Shown piece by piece: positions 17,910 through 26,667 of a DNA stretch of 40,119 bases. Where the stretch lies: NCBI GenBank assembly GCA_035703635.1, contig DASSXV010000086.1:1-40119 (forward strand), written 5' to 3'. Made by a program: the position numbers and the translations under genes. Position 1 is the first letter of the stretch. Each line of letters begins with the position of its first letter. The notes under the pieces were generated by a model, which was not told the DNA's origin, made no database searches, and was given only the letters and a program-made list of their open reading frames with translations. Origin of the DNA: Trueperaceae bacterium (lineage in GTDB: Bacteria > Deinococcota > Deinococci > Deinococcales > Trueperaceae).

Positions 17910-19082
17910 TTAGCCCGCGAGCAGTTCCGCGTACAGCGCTTCGTGAAGGGCAAGCACGTTGCTGATGTCGAAGCGAGACATAGCGATTCGGCCGCTCCGC
18001 CCCATGGCGTGCGCGAGCTCGGGGTCGCCAGCGATCAGGCGCATGGCGTTGGCGAGCGCAGCTACGTCACCCACCTCGTGCAATATGCCTGTTTCGGGGG
18101 TAACCAGTTCGCCAACGCCGCGGATGCGGGTGGCGATCACTGGTCGCTCGAGGCTAGAGGCCTCCATCAACGACCGTGGCAGGCCCTCGCGCTCAGACGG
18201 CAATAGCACGGCCGTTGAGGCCGCAACTAACGCGGGTATGTCCTGGCGGTAGCCGAGGAGCTTCACGCGGTCGGCAACGCCGAGGCTTTGCGCCTGCGCC
18301 GCTACCTCACCCATCAGCGGCCCGACCCCTGCCAGCGCCAACACGGCGTTAGGTAAGTTGCTCGCGGCCAGCGCCGCCACCGCGTCCTTGTGGCGCTTAC
18401 CGGGGTTGAACTCCGCGATCATGGTGAACAGCTGCTCTGCGCCTTCCAGCTTCAACTCGGCGCGCACGGCGGCCACCGCCGCTGGGTTCACGGCGGTCGG
18501 TTCGTAGCGCGACGTGTCGACCCCGATGCCTGGCATGTAGACGACGCCGCCGCGCCGCGCAAGCGGAAATGCTTGGGCCGCCGCAAGGTCCTCCTGGTTT
18601 ATTACGACGAGCCGATCTGTCCAGGCACTTGCCACGCGCTCGAGCCCCCAGAAGATCGCCGCCTGCACGGGCGGTGCTCCGCGGTAGAAGTGGAACCCAT
18701 GCGCCGTGTAGACGACGCGCGGCGTTCCCGTCAACCGCATGCGCCGTAGGGCGTAGCGCGTAACGAAGGCGGCTATGGGGTCGTGGGCGTGAACCAGGTC
18801 GTAACCGCCACAGCGCACTAGCGCGCGCAGCTCCTGTGGCGCTGTGGTCAGGTTGACTAGGTCCGTAGGCTTGCGGGTCCAGCCGATGTCGTGCACTTCA
18901 TCGAACGCTGCCTTGCTGCGCTCGTCTTGCATAACGCCGTTGCTAACGGCGTCCACGCGCCAACCCAAGCCCCTGAAGTGCTCAGCATACGGCAGCAGGA
19001 ACGCTGTAAGCGTCGAGGGCACGCTGGTGGCGATCAGCAGTCTTGGCGGTCCAGAGGCGCGGCTGAGCGCGGCTAGGTTCAC
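17910..19082 (-). CDS. Glycosyltransferase family 4
   Basis: Motifs YTAHGFHF, AEFNPGKRH, LLGYRQDI and LPSEREGLPRSLMEA. GTG start at 19082 overlaps the TGA of the upstream GT. Confidence 0.9.
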   Translation of the reverse strand: MNLAALSRASGPPRLLIATSVPSTLTAFLLPYAEHFRGLGWRVDAVSNGVMQDERSKAAFDEVHDIGWTRKPTDLVNLTTAPQELRALVRCGGYDLVHAHDPIAAFVTRYALRRMRLTGTPRVVYTAHGFHFYRGAPPVQAAIFWGLERVASAWTDRLVVINQEDLAAAQAFPLARRGGVVYMPGIGVDTSRYEPTAVNPAAVAAVRAELKLEGAEQLFTMIAEFNPGKRHKDAVAALAASNLPNAVLALAGVGPLMGEVAAQAQSLGVADRVKLLGYRQDIPALVAASTAVLLPSEREGLPRSLMEASSLERPVIATRIRGVGELVTPETGILHEVGDVAALANAMRLIAGDPELAHAMGRSGRIAMSRFDISNVLALHEALYAELLAG

Positions 19083-20230
19083 GCCTTGCCGCGCCGCGCA
19101 AGGAGTTCTCGGTAGACGGCCTCCCACTGGTCGACCACGCCAGCAAGGCCGAAGTTCAGTTCGATCTCATGATGAGCCGCCTCACCCATGGCGCGCGTCT
19201 CATCCTCGCCCAACTGCATGAGCCTAAGCATGGCCTCGGCCAAAGCGGTTGGGTCGCGAGGGGGCACTACGAAGCCGGTCTTGCCGTCGGTCACCACCTC
19301 ACGGTTACCGCCTACATCCGTAACCACCGCTGGGAGCCGCGAGGCACCCGCCTCGAGCAGCACCATCGGCAGCCCCTCCCACGCTGACGACATCACGTAC
19401 GCGTCGGCAGCAGCCATGAGGTCCACCACGTCTTTGCGCGCCCCCAACATCCGGAAGTGCGCGCCGTCTAGTCCGGCCGCTTGGACAAGTCGGTCGAGCT
19501 CACCGTGAAGGTTGCCTTCGCCCGCGACCAAGATTGTCGTTGGCGCCGCGTCGTTTCTTGCGGCTAGTTGTCGCACCGCCTCGATTAGGTTCGGGTAGTC
19601 CTTCTGCTCTTCGAGGCGCCCAACGGCCAGCCACAAGAAGGTGCCGGGGGCTATGCCGAGTTCCTGACGCTTCGCTTCCCGCGCGCCGGGTTGCGGCTGG
19701 AAGTTCGCGAGGTCGAGGCCGTTCGGCATGTACTTTATGCGGGCTTTGGGCGTGGCGCCGACGGCGACGAAGTGCTCGACGCAGAGGCGACAGACGTTGG
19801 TGGTCAGGTCGCAGAGTGGGTCGGTAACGCGGTAGGCGAGTTCGCGCCAACGTGCGCCCTCGGAGTAGTTGTGGGCGGTAGAGATCTGCACAGGCATGGG
19901 TGAGAGCAAGCGCGCCAAGCGCGTAAGGAGGTTGGCGTGCACCATGTGGCTGTGGACTACGTCGGGGCGGTTGGCTCGCACGACGTTGGTTAGCTTGAAG
20001 AGTGCCCGCGGATCACCGATACCGCGCTGCATGGCGAGACTATGGAACGGGATCTCAAGCTCCTGCAGCTCTGACTCGAACGCCTCTGCGTCACGCATGC
20101 TGACCAGGGTCACGGTGTGCCCTCTACGTTTCAACTCGGCAGCCAACAGAAAGACCTGAACCTCGGCGCCGCCTTGCATAAGGGACGTGGTAACGAACTG
20201 AACGCTAAGTGGCTGACCAGCGTTAGACAT
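19079..20230 (-). CDS. Glycosyltransferase family 4 (WbnK-like)
   Basis: Motifs GGAEVQ, PDVVHSHMVHAN, VGRLEEQKDY and SSAWEGLPMVLLEA; GGAGAGG RBS. Confidence 0.9.
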   Translation of the reverse strand: MSNAGQPLSVQFVTTSLMQGGAEVQVFLLAAELKRRGHTVTLVSMRDAEAFESELQELEIPFHSLAMQRGIGDPRALFKLTNVVRANRPDVVHSHMVHANLLTRLARLLSPMPVQISTAHNYSEGARWRELAYRVTDPLCDLTTNVCRLCVEHFVAVGATPKARIKYMPNGLDLANFQPQPGAREAKRQELGIAPGTFLWLAVGRLEEQKDYPNLIEAVRQLAARNDAAPTTILVAGEGNLHGELDRLVQAAGLDGAHFRMLGARKDVVDLMAAADAYVMSSAWEGLPMVLLEAGASRLPAVVTDVGGNREVVTDGKTGFVVPPRDPTALAEAMLRLMQLGEDETRAMGEAAHHEIELNFGLAGVVDQWEAVYRELLARRGKA

Positions 20231-20396
20231 CCGAACCTCTCCGGCCGCGCCGCACTGAAGGGCGCTGGCCGCGACGGGAAGTTTAGCACCTGCGCCGCGG
20301 CGGCCTGGGACGCTGCCGCGCAGGACGCAGTGCGGCGAGCTTTAGAATGCAGGTCGGCCGTTGCAGAACGCCGCCACTGGAGTACCGCCGCGCCAG

Positions 20397-21830
20397 ATGA
20401 ACCCTAAGCTGAGAAGAACTGTTCAATACCTGCTGACCGTAGTGCTCGGTCAGGGCCTGTCGTTCCTGCTCCTGCCGGTGGTGACGCGCTTTCTAGATCC
20501 CGTCGAGTACGGCGAGTACGCTCTTGCGCTCACCGTATCCGGGCTCGTTGGCATGTTCGCATCTGGTTGGGTCCGCAACGTTGGCTTGCGCCTCTATTAC
20601 GACGCTAGCGAGCGCGGCACCACGCGCGGTTTCTACCTTGGGACGGCGCTCGTCCAGGCCGTGCTTGCATCCGCGCTCTACGGCGCCGTGCTACTCGGGC
20701 TGCAGGCCTTCGATCTCTTACCTGCGCGCATGGGCGTGTTGCTTGCCGCTGGCCTCGTGCTAATCATTGGCGACCAGTACGGCTACGCCGTCACCCTGCT
20801 CCGCGCGGAGGAGCGCACGACCGCCTTCACCGCCGCGGAGGTAGGCAGCGGCCTTCTGCGCTTTGGCGCCACCCTCGGCGGCCTGTATGCGGGCTTCGCC
20901 ACGGCGCAACTCCTGTTCTTCGCGATGGCCGCAGCGTACTTGGTTGGCACCCTGTTCGCGGTGCCGATGCTATGGCGGCGCCTCAGCGGTCCGAGCCGGA
21001 TCGACTTCAAGGGGCTAGTAGAGACGGTGCGCGCGGGCCCCTCCGCCCTGCCGTTCTCTGTGGCCGCTTGGCTAGATAACCTCGCTAGCCGTCTCATATT
21101 GCAAGGGTTCCTCGGCACCGCCGTGGTCGGCGTCTTCAGCGTCGGCTACTCGATCGGGGAGCGGCTCGTTGGCAGCCTCACGCAGGCCGTCTTCATGATG
21201 GCGTGGCCGAGCATCCTCAACGCCTGGCGCGAGGGTGGAGTCAAGCTCGCGCGCCAAGCCTTGAGTGACGCGCAGCGCATCTACGCGTACCTCACCCTCG
21301 GGCCAGTCCTGTTCCTCGTGATCTTCGGCAGCGAGGTGACGCGCCTCCTGACGGGCCCCGAATACCGCGACGCGAGCGTGGTGGTGCCGCTCGTGGCCAC
21401 GGCCATGTGGTTCCGCGGGCTGTCCTCGTACTTGAACCGCCACCTCGAGCTGAACAAGCGCTACGCGCACCTGTCGCTCGTCGCCATTTGCGGGGCGCTC
21501 GTGAACGTTGGACTGAGCTTCCTGCTCGTCAAGGACTACGGGATGGTCGGGGTCGCGACGGCGACGGTCTTCAGCAACTCGCTAACGTGCGCTTTCTATT
21601 TCCTCACTCGCGATAGGGAGCTAACTCGCGTGCGCTTCGGCTCGTTCGCGGCAGCGGGGGGCCTCGCGGCCTTGGCGTGGGCGCTATCGTCGGCCGTCGG
21701 GGTCTTCGCTACGCCGGGTGGGGTAGTGGTCGGTGACGTCAAGATGGCGGTGTTCATCGCCGTGTACGCTCTCGGCTTCGCAGGAGTGTTCCTAGGGCGC
21801 AGGCTGCTCAGCGCCCGAGGCGCGCTGTGA
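20397..21830 (+). CDS. wzx: Polysaccharide flippase (Wzx/PST family)
   Basis: FLLLPVVTRFLDPVEYGEY motif, about 12-14 TM segments, VGVFSVGYSI and YGMVGVATAT. ATG at 20397 has GGAG upstream. Confidence 0.85.
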   Translation: MNPKLRRTVQYLLTVVLGQGLSFLLLPVVTRFLDPVEYGEYALALTVSGLVGMFASGWVRNVGLRLYYDASERGTTRGFYLGTALVQAVLASALYGAVLLGLQAFDLLPARMGVLLAAGLVLIIGDQYGYAVTLLRAEERTTAFTAAEVGSGLLRFGATLGGLYAGFATAQLLFFAMAAAYLVGTLFAVPMLWRRLSGPSRIDFKGLVETVRAGPSALPFSVAAWLDNLASRLILQGFLGTAVVGVFSVGYSIGERLVGSLTQAVFMMAWPSILNAWREGGVKLARQALSDAQRIYAYLTLGPVLFLVIFGSEVTRLLTGPEYRDASVVVPLVATAMWFRGLSSYLNRHLELNKRYAHLSLVAICGALVNVGLSFLLVKDYGMVGVATATVFSNSLTCAFYFLTRDRELTRVRFGSFAAAGGLAALAWALSSAVGVFATPGGVVVGDVKMAVFIAVYALGFAGVFLGRRLLSARGAL

Positions 21831-23133
21831 CTTCTCCCCAGGTACCGATCGCGAGCACGAGAGCCAACGCTATCCAGTAGAGGAAGCCGTCCGGCGCGGT
21901 CGAGGTCACGCACGCGCCAAGCAGGAACAACGTCAGGCCGACCCCGGCAAGGCCCAACGTGCCGCGCACGCGCCAACTGACGACGAGGCCCGCGAAGTGC
22001 AACGCCAAGAACAGTCCGAGGCCAACGAAGCCGAACTCGTACAAGACCTCGAGGTAGGCGTTGTGCGTCGATGTAAGCGTGCCGAAGCCGCGCTGCACGA
22101 CGTCTACGCTGCTTTCGAAGCCGTTACCGAGGAGCAGCTCCTTGACGTCGCCCTCACGGTAGGCGCCATACACCGCCTGCCAGATCGGCGTGCGGCTGCC
22201 GCCAGACTCGACCCGCTCGCTCGTGAAGCGCTGCACCAGCCCTTCGCCACCGGGCAGTATCGCGCCAGCTCCGATCATCGCGAGGAGCGCGACCACGACC
22301 AGCAACTTGCGCCAGTCCTGCACGACGAGACGCGTGAAAATGGCGACGAGCGCGAGGCCGGCGGCGATGGCCATGCCGCGCGAGGCTAACAGCAACAGTG
22401 AGTACGCCAGCACCCCAGTAAGGAGTAACAACAGCGCACCTTGCCACCGGCGCCCAGCGGTGCTCAATGCCTGAACACTGGCCGCCGCAGCGATCACGAA
22501 CCCGAGCCCGACGTAGAAGGCCACGACGTTCTCGTTAACGTCCACGTCGCCGCGATAGGCGAAGCCGCCGCGAATGGCGCTCTCGATCACCCAGCCGGCC
22601 ACGCCAGTGGAGGCCAGCACGGCGGCGCCAGCCACCAACTTCACGCCGCGCTGCGTCCGGAACTGCAGGTAGGCGATGGCGCCCAAAAGGTACGCAAGCA
22701 CGCGCTGGATGATGGCGAAGTCGATGGCCTGGACGAAGCCAACGAACGACGCTGCCACCACGGCGAGGAACGCGAAGTAGAGCCAGAAGTACGTCGATCG
22801 CACCCTGATGCCCTGGCCGAGTAATGCCGCGACCATGCTGAACACGAACGCCGCATAGAACGGATAGAAGAACCCGTTGATGGTGAGGCCGCTGAAGATC
22901 GTCTCGTAACCGCAGAACGCCAACCAGTAAAGCCCAACGACGATCTCGGACTTGTAACTGCTGTTCATGAACAGCAGGAAGACGCCAAGCACCAAGACCC
23001 CACCAAGCGCGATCTCTGCAGACAGCGCCGCCAGCGCCCCGATCAGCACGGCGCCGATCAGCAACCAGACGCGCACTGCGGCCTGGCCGCGCGCTTCGTC
23101 AGCGCCACTACGCGGCAACCTCGTAACCGACAT
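21808..23133 (-). CDS. O-antigen ligase/Wzy-like polymerase
   Basis: Multi-TM protein with LLASRG, SGGSRTPIW, LLGNG and THNAYLEVLYEFGFVG (Wzy_C motif). ATG at 23133 is preferred over the ORF-track start at 23223, which would overlap the divergent gene. Confidence 0.85.
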   Translation of the reverse strand: MSVTRLPRSGADEARGQAAVRVWLLIGAVLIGALAALSAEIALGGVLVLGVFLLFMNSSYKSEIVVGLYWLAFCGYETIFSGLTINGFFYPFYAAFVFSMVAALLGQGIRVRSTYFWLYFAFLAVVAASFVGFVQAIDFAIIQRVLAYLLGAIAYLQFRTQRGVKLVAGAAVLASTGVAGWVIESAIRGGFAYRGDVDVNENVVAFYVGLGFVIAAAASVQALSTAGRRWQGALLLLLTGVLAYSLLLLASRGMAIAAGLALVAIFTRLVVQDWRKLLVVVALLAMIGAGAILPGGEGLVQRFTSERVESGGSRTPIWQAVYGAYREGDVKELLLGNGFESSVDVVQRGFGTLTSTHNAYLEVLYEFGFVGLGLFLALHFAGLVVSWRVRGTLGLAGVGLTLFLLGACVTSTAPDGFLYWIALALVLAIGTWGEVTARLGR

Positions 23134-23208
23134 CGCCAGTACTTTACTCCGGGCTCCGCCAGCCGCGGTTCGTAAGTCGGCAGGCGCCCTCTCACGTAAT
23201 CTAGGCGG

Positions 23209-24348
23209 GTGCCAGACGCTCACCCCAACCCCAAGGTCCTGTTCATCATGGCAAGCTACGCCGTGGGAGGCACCGAGTTGCAGTTGGCCGCGCTGCTAGC
23301 GAACCGCCCAGCGTGGGCCGCAGGCTACACCCTCGAGACCATCACGTTCCTCCCGCCACGTTCGAGCGCGGTCACCCAACTGTTCGAGGCAGAGGGCGTT
23401 AGCAACACGCTCATCAACCGCGAGGCGCTGTCGTTCCCGCGGTTCTTCTGGCGCCTCCTCACGCAGGTGCGGCGCTCGCGGCCTGACGTACTGCATGCCA
23501 TGCTCGACTCATCCACCGGCGCATGGGGACGCCTGGCTGGTGTGCTGGTCGGGGTTCCTGCCATCGTGCAGTCGGACCGCTCGGTGATGGAGGAGGGCAC
23601 CGGCACGCATAGACGGCTCAGGCCGTTCCTCGACCGCCGCACGCAGCGTTTCCTGCCCAACGCCAACGCCATAGCCGAGAGGCTGATGCGCAGTGGCGTG
23701 CCGCGGGAGCGCATTACGGTCGTGCCTTCAGGTGTCGACCTGGCGCGCTTCGACCCGGCCAGCGTTCAACCTACCGGCCGTTACCGCAGCGCGGCGGGAG
23801 GCGTAGTAGCTGGCTTCGTTGGGCGCTTTCACGCCGTGAAGCGCCTCGACGTACTGCTGGACGCGGTTGCCTCCCTACCTGAGGCCCAGCGGCCAGCGCG
23901 CCTGGTGCTTGCGGGGGACGGCCCAGAGATGGCCGCCGTGCAGGCGCGAGTAGCAGCCGAACCCTGGCTACGCGAGCACGTCGAGCTGCTCGGGGCGTGC
24001 GACGACGTACCAGGCTTCCTGGCGGAGATCGATTACCTCATCCTCTCCTCGGAAGTCGAAGGTGCGCCGAACGCCGTCATAGAAGCCATGGCGATGGGCA
24101 AGCCGGTGGTCGCAACGCGGGTCTCTGACGTACCTGGCATTGTCAAGGGAGCCGGGTTCCTCGCGGAGCCAGGAGACGCGGCCTCGTTGGCTGGCGCCAT
24201 AGCGCAGATGCAGGCCCTCACGCCGGCCGCGCGGGCGGAACTAGGGCGGCACGGACGCCTGAACGTCGAGGCCAACTACGACATGAAGGTAGTCGCCGAA
24301 CGCTTCTGGGAGGCGCACCGTCAACTCCTCACGCGGCGTGCGCGTTAG
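23209..24348 (+). CDS. Glycosyltransferase family 4
   Basis: Motifs GGTELQL, VGRFHAVKR and SSEVEGAPNAVIEAMAMGKPVVAT. Confidence 0.9.
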   Translation: MPDAHPNPKVLFIMASYAVGGTELQLAALLANRPAWAAGYTLETITFLPPRSSAVTQLFEAEGVSNTLINREALSFPRFFWRLLTQVRRSRPDVLHAMLDSSTGAWGRLAGVLVGVPAIVQSDRSVMEEGTGTHRRLRPFLDRRTQRFLPNANAIAERLMRSGVPRERITVVPSGVDLARFDPASVQPTGRYRSAAGGVVAGFVGRFHAVKRLDVLLDAVASLPEAQRPARLVLAGDGPEMAAVQARVAAEPWLREHVELLGACDDVPGFLAEIDYLILSSEVEGAPNAVIEAMAMGKPVVATRVSDVPGIVKGAGFLAEPGDAASLAGAIAQMQALTPAARAELGRHGRLNVEANYDMKVVAERFWEAHRQLLTRRAR

Positions 24349-26273
24349 GAGTTGGCACGGCTCCACTGCTGATACATGAGCACGGGCCATAACCGGTGTT
24401 GCCAATCGGCCTTGCCTGAGAGGTGCTGCTGCCACAGCTCACGAAGTGGCTCGGCGCGGAACTGCCCCTCCAGCTCGAGCGCCTGGACGGACAAAAGTCC
24501 GTCTGCCCAGCCCTTCAGCGGTCCACGTAGCCAGGCGCTGATCGGTACGCCGAAACCTTGCTTGGGACGGTCAACCAGCGCTCGCGGCACGTGCCGGTAG
24601 AGAAGCTGCTTGAGCAACCACTTCTGCTCACCGGCGCGCACGCGCAGGTCGTGGGGAAGCGACCAGGCGAACTCGACCACACGGTGATCCAACAGCGGCA
24701 CGCGCGTCTCTAGCGAGTGAGACATGGCGGCACGGTCGACCTTGACGAGCACGTCATCCGGTAGGTACGAGCGGGTGTCGAACGCCATCATGCGCTCAGT
24801 TGGGTGGGTGCGCGCCAACTCGGCCTTGGCCGCCCACGATGGGGTTGGGGTGGCCCCGCTCTTCAGGACCGCTGCTGGATCGGGCCAGTTGGAGATGCGC
24901 ACGTCGTACAACGCGGCGACGTCGCTCGCGCTGAACGCGGTGCGGAAGCCGCGCACACGGTCGGAGAAGAGGTGGGGGAAGCCCCCGACCTGCAACTCAA
25001 CCATCACGCGTTGCAAGGCGCTGGCGGGTATGGCGCTCATGCCCAAGCTGGCTGCGCGCCGCACGGTCGGGTTGAGGGCCGCCGCGCGCGACCATAGTCG
25101 GCTCGTTCTGGCGTAGCGGCTGTAGCCGGCGAAGAGTTCGTCACCGCCGTCGCCTGAGAGCGCCACCGTCACTTGGGTGCGCGCCAACCCAGCAAGCAAC
25201 CACGTTGGAATGGCCGAGGAGTCGCCGAAAGGTTCGTCGTAGATGACCGGGAGTTTCGGGATCACGGCTTGAGCCTCAGCGGGAGTCACGACGAGCTCCG
25301 CATGCTCGGTTCCAAGGTGCTTGGCTACCTCGCGCGCGGCGGCCGACTCGTCGAACGCGTTCTCACTAAACCCGATGGTGAACGTCTTGACCGGAGCGCC
25401 GCCCAGACTCTGCATGAGCGCCACTACCATGCTTGAGTCGATGCCACCGGAGAGGAAGGCGCCCAGCGGCACGTCAGACATGAGCTGGCCGCGCACGGAC
25501 CGGGAGAGGAGGCGCTCCAACTCGTCGAGGGCCTCTTCGTCACTCCCCGCGAACGTGGAGGTGCGCGCCGCGACTTCCGTTAGCGACCAGTATGGCGTCG
25601 GCTCAGGCAGCGTTGCCCCGCTGGCGGCGTCGACCGTGACGCTCGTGCCAGGCGGCAGCTTGTAGATGCCTTCGTAGATCGACAGTGGGGCCGGGATGTA
25701 ACCGTGCTTCAGGAACGAGGAGAGCGCTCCCTGGTCGATCGTTCCGCTGAACGCGGGGTGTGCTCTAAGGGCCTTCAGCTCTGAGCCGAACAGCAACGTC
25801 CGCCCCTTCTTGCCGTAGTACATGGGCTTTTCACCCAACCGGTCGCGGGCCAACGTGAGCCGCGCGGTCTCGCGGTCCCACACGGCTACCGCGAACATGC
25901 CGACACTGCGCCTGAGGGTCTCCTCCAAGCCGAAGGCCTCGAAGCCCGCCAGCAGCGACTCGGTGTCGGAGTGGCCGCGCCAAGCTGGCGCTGGCCGAAC
26001 GAGAGCGCGGAGCTCTTCGTGGTTGTAGATCTCGCCGTTGAACACGATGACGTAGCGGCCACTAGCAGAGGTCATCGGTTGGTGGCCAGCCGGGCTGAGG
26101 TCCACGATCGCCAGGCGGCGGTGCGCAAGCGCCACGCCACGAGGCGCGTCCAGCCATACTCCGGCGTCATCTGGACCGCGGTGGCTGACAGCAAGTGCCA
26201 TGCGCGCCAAGCTCTCTTTGGCGCCCTCTTCGCTAAACCCGCCGGTCTCGATGAAGCCCGTAATGCCGCACAT
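24345..26273 (-). CDS. asnB: Asparagine synthase (glutamine-hydrolysing)-family amidotransferase, EPS-associated
   Basis: MCGITG Ntn start, HRGPD, HRRLAIVDL, FNGEIYN, FLSGGIDSS, ALSGDGGDELF and ETRVPLLD. Confidence 0.92.
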   Translation of the reverse strand: MCGITGFIETGGFSEEGAKESLARMALAVSHRGPDDAGVWLDAPRGVALAHRRLAIVDLSPAGHQPMTSASGRYVIVFNGEIYNHEELRALVRPAPAWRGHSDTESLLAGFEAFGLEETLRRSVGMFAVAVWDRETARLTLARDRLGEKPMYYGKKGRTLLFGSELKALRAHPAFSGTIDQGALSSFLKHGYIPAPLSIYEGIYKLPPGTSVTVDAASGATLPEPTPYWSLTEVAARTSTFAGSDEEALDELERLLSRSVRGQLMSDVPLGAFLSGGIDSSMVVALMQSLGGAPVKTFTIGFSENAFDESAAAREVAKHLGTEHAELVVTPAEAQAVIPKLPVIYDEPFGDSSAIPTWLLAGLARTQVTVALSGDGGDELFAGYSRYARTSRLWSRAAALNPTVRRAASLGMSAIPASALQRVMVELQVGGFPHLFSDRVRGFRTAFSASDVAALYDVRISNWPDPAAVLKSGATPTPSWAAKAELARTHPTERMMAFDTRSYLPDDVLVKVDRAAMSHSLETRVPLLDHRVVEFAWSLPHDLRVRAGEQKWLLKQLLYRHVPRALVDRPKQGFGVPISAWLRGPLKGWADGLLSVQALELEGQFRAEPLRELWQQHLSGKADWQHRLWPVLMYQQWSRANS

Positions 26274-26551
26274 TCCAGCCCGCACACTACACCGCTGACG
26301 GTTGCCTCGAGGCCGGCGGCGTCATAGGGCCGGTCTAATCAGATGGGGCCTTAGTCATAGAACCCTCTCATCTGTGGGCTGTAACTTAGTCCTTGTCGGG
26401 TTCCATTAGGGCCCGCCACTCGAAAGCGATGATGCGTGCGCCGCAAAGTGGGCGCTTGGTGCGCGCGGAGCTAGTAGCGCAACCGGTCGAGTTCTTTTCG
26501 TCTTTTCAAGAACTGGTTAAGTACCCACCTAGTGGACATCTGGAAATGGTG

Positions 26552-26625
26552 TCCGGAGGCTATGAGCCGTGTATCCCGACTTGGGCATCAAGGGACACGG
26601 GGAGCCAGTGATGCAACCGGCCGGA
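26552..26625 (+). ncRNA. Cyclic di-GMP-II riboswitch aptamer (#3), upstream of the PL9-like lipoprotein
   Basis: Sequence TCCGGAGGCTATGAG CCGTGTATCCC GACTTGGGCATCAA GGGACACGG GGAGCCAGTGATGCAACCGGCCGGA. It has a closing stem TCCGG/CCGGA, an inner stem with a 2-nt bulge, a pseudoknot GCATCA/TGATGC and the conserved TTGGGC and GAG..AGT..TGCAACCG elements. Confidence 0.88.
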
Positions 26626-26667
26626 TGGTGAAGTCAGGTTGCATCCAGACTGTGGGAGCAGGTTCGG

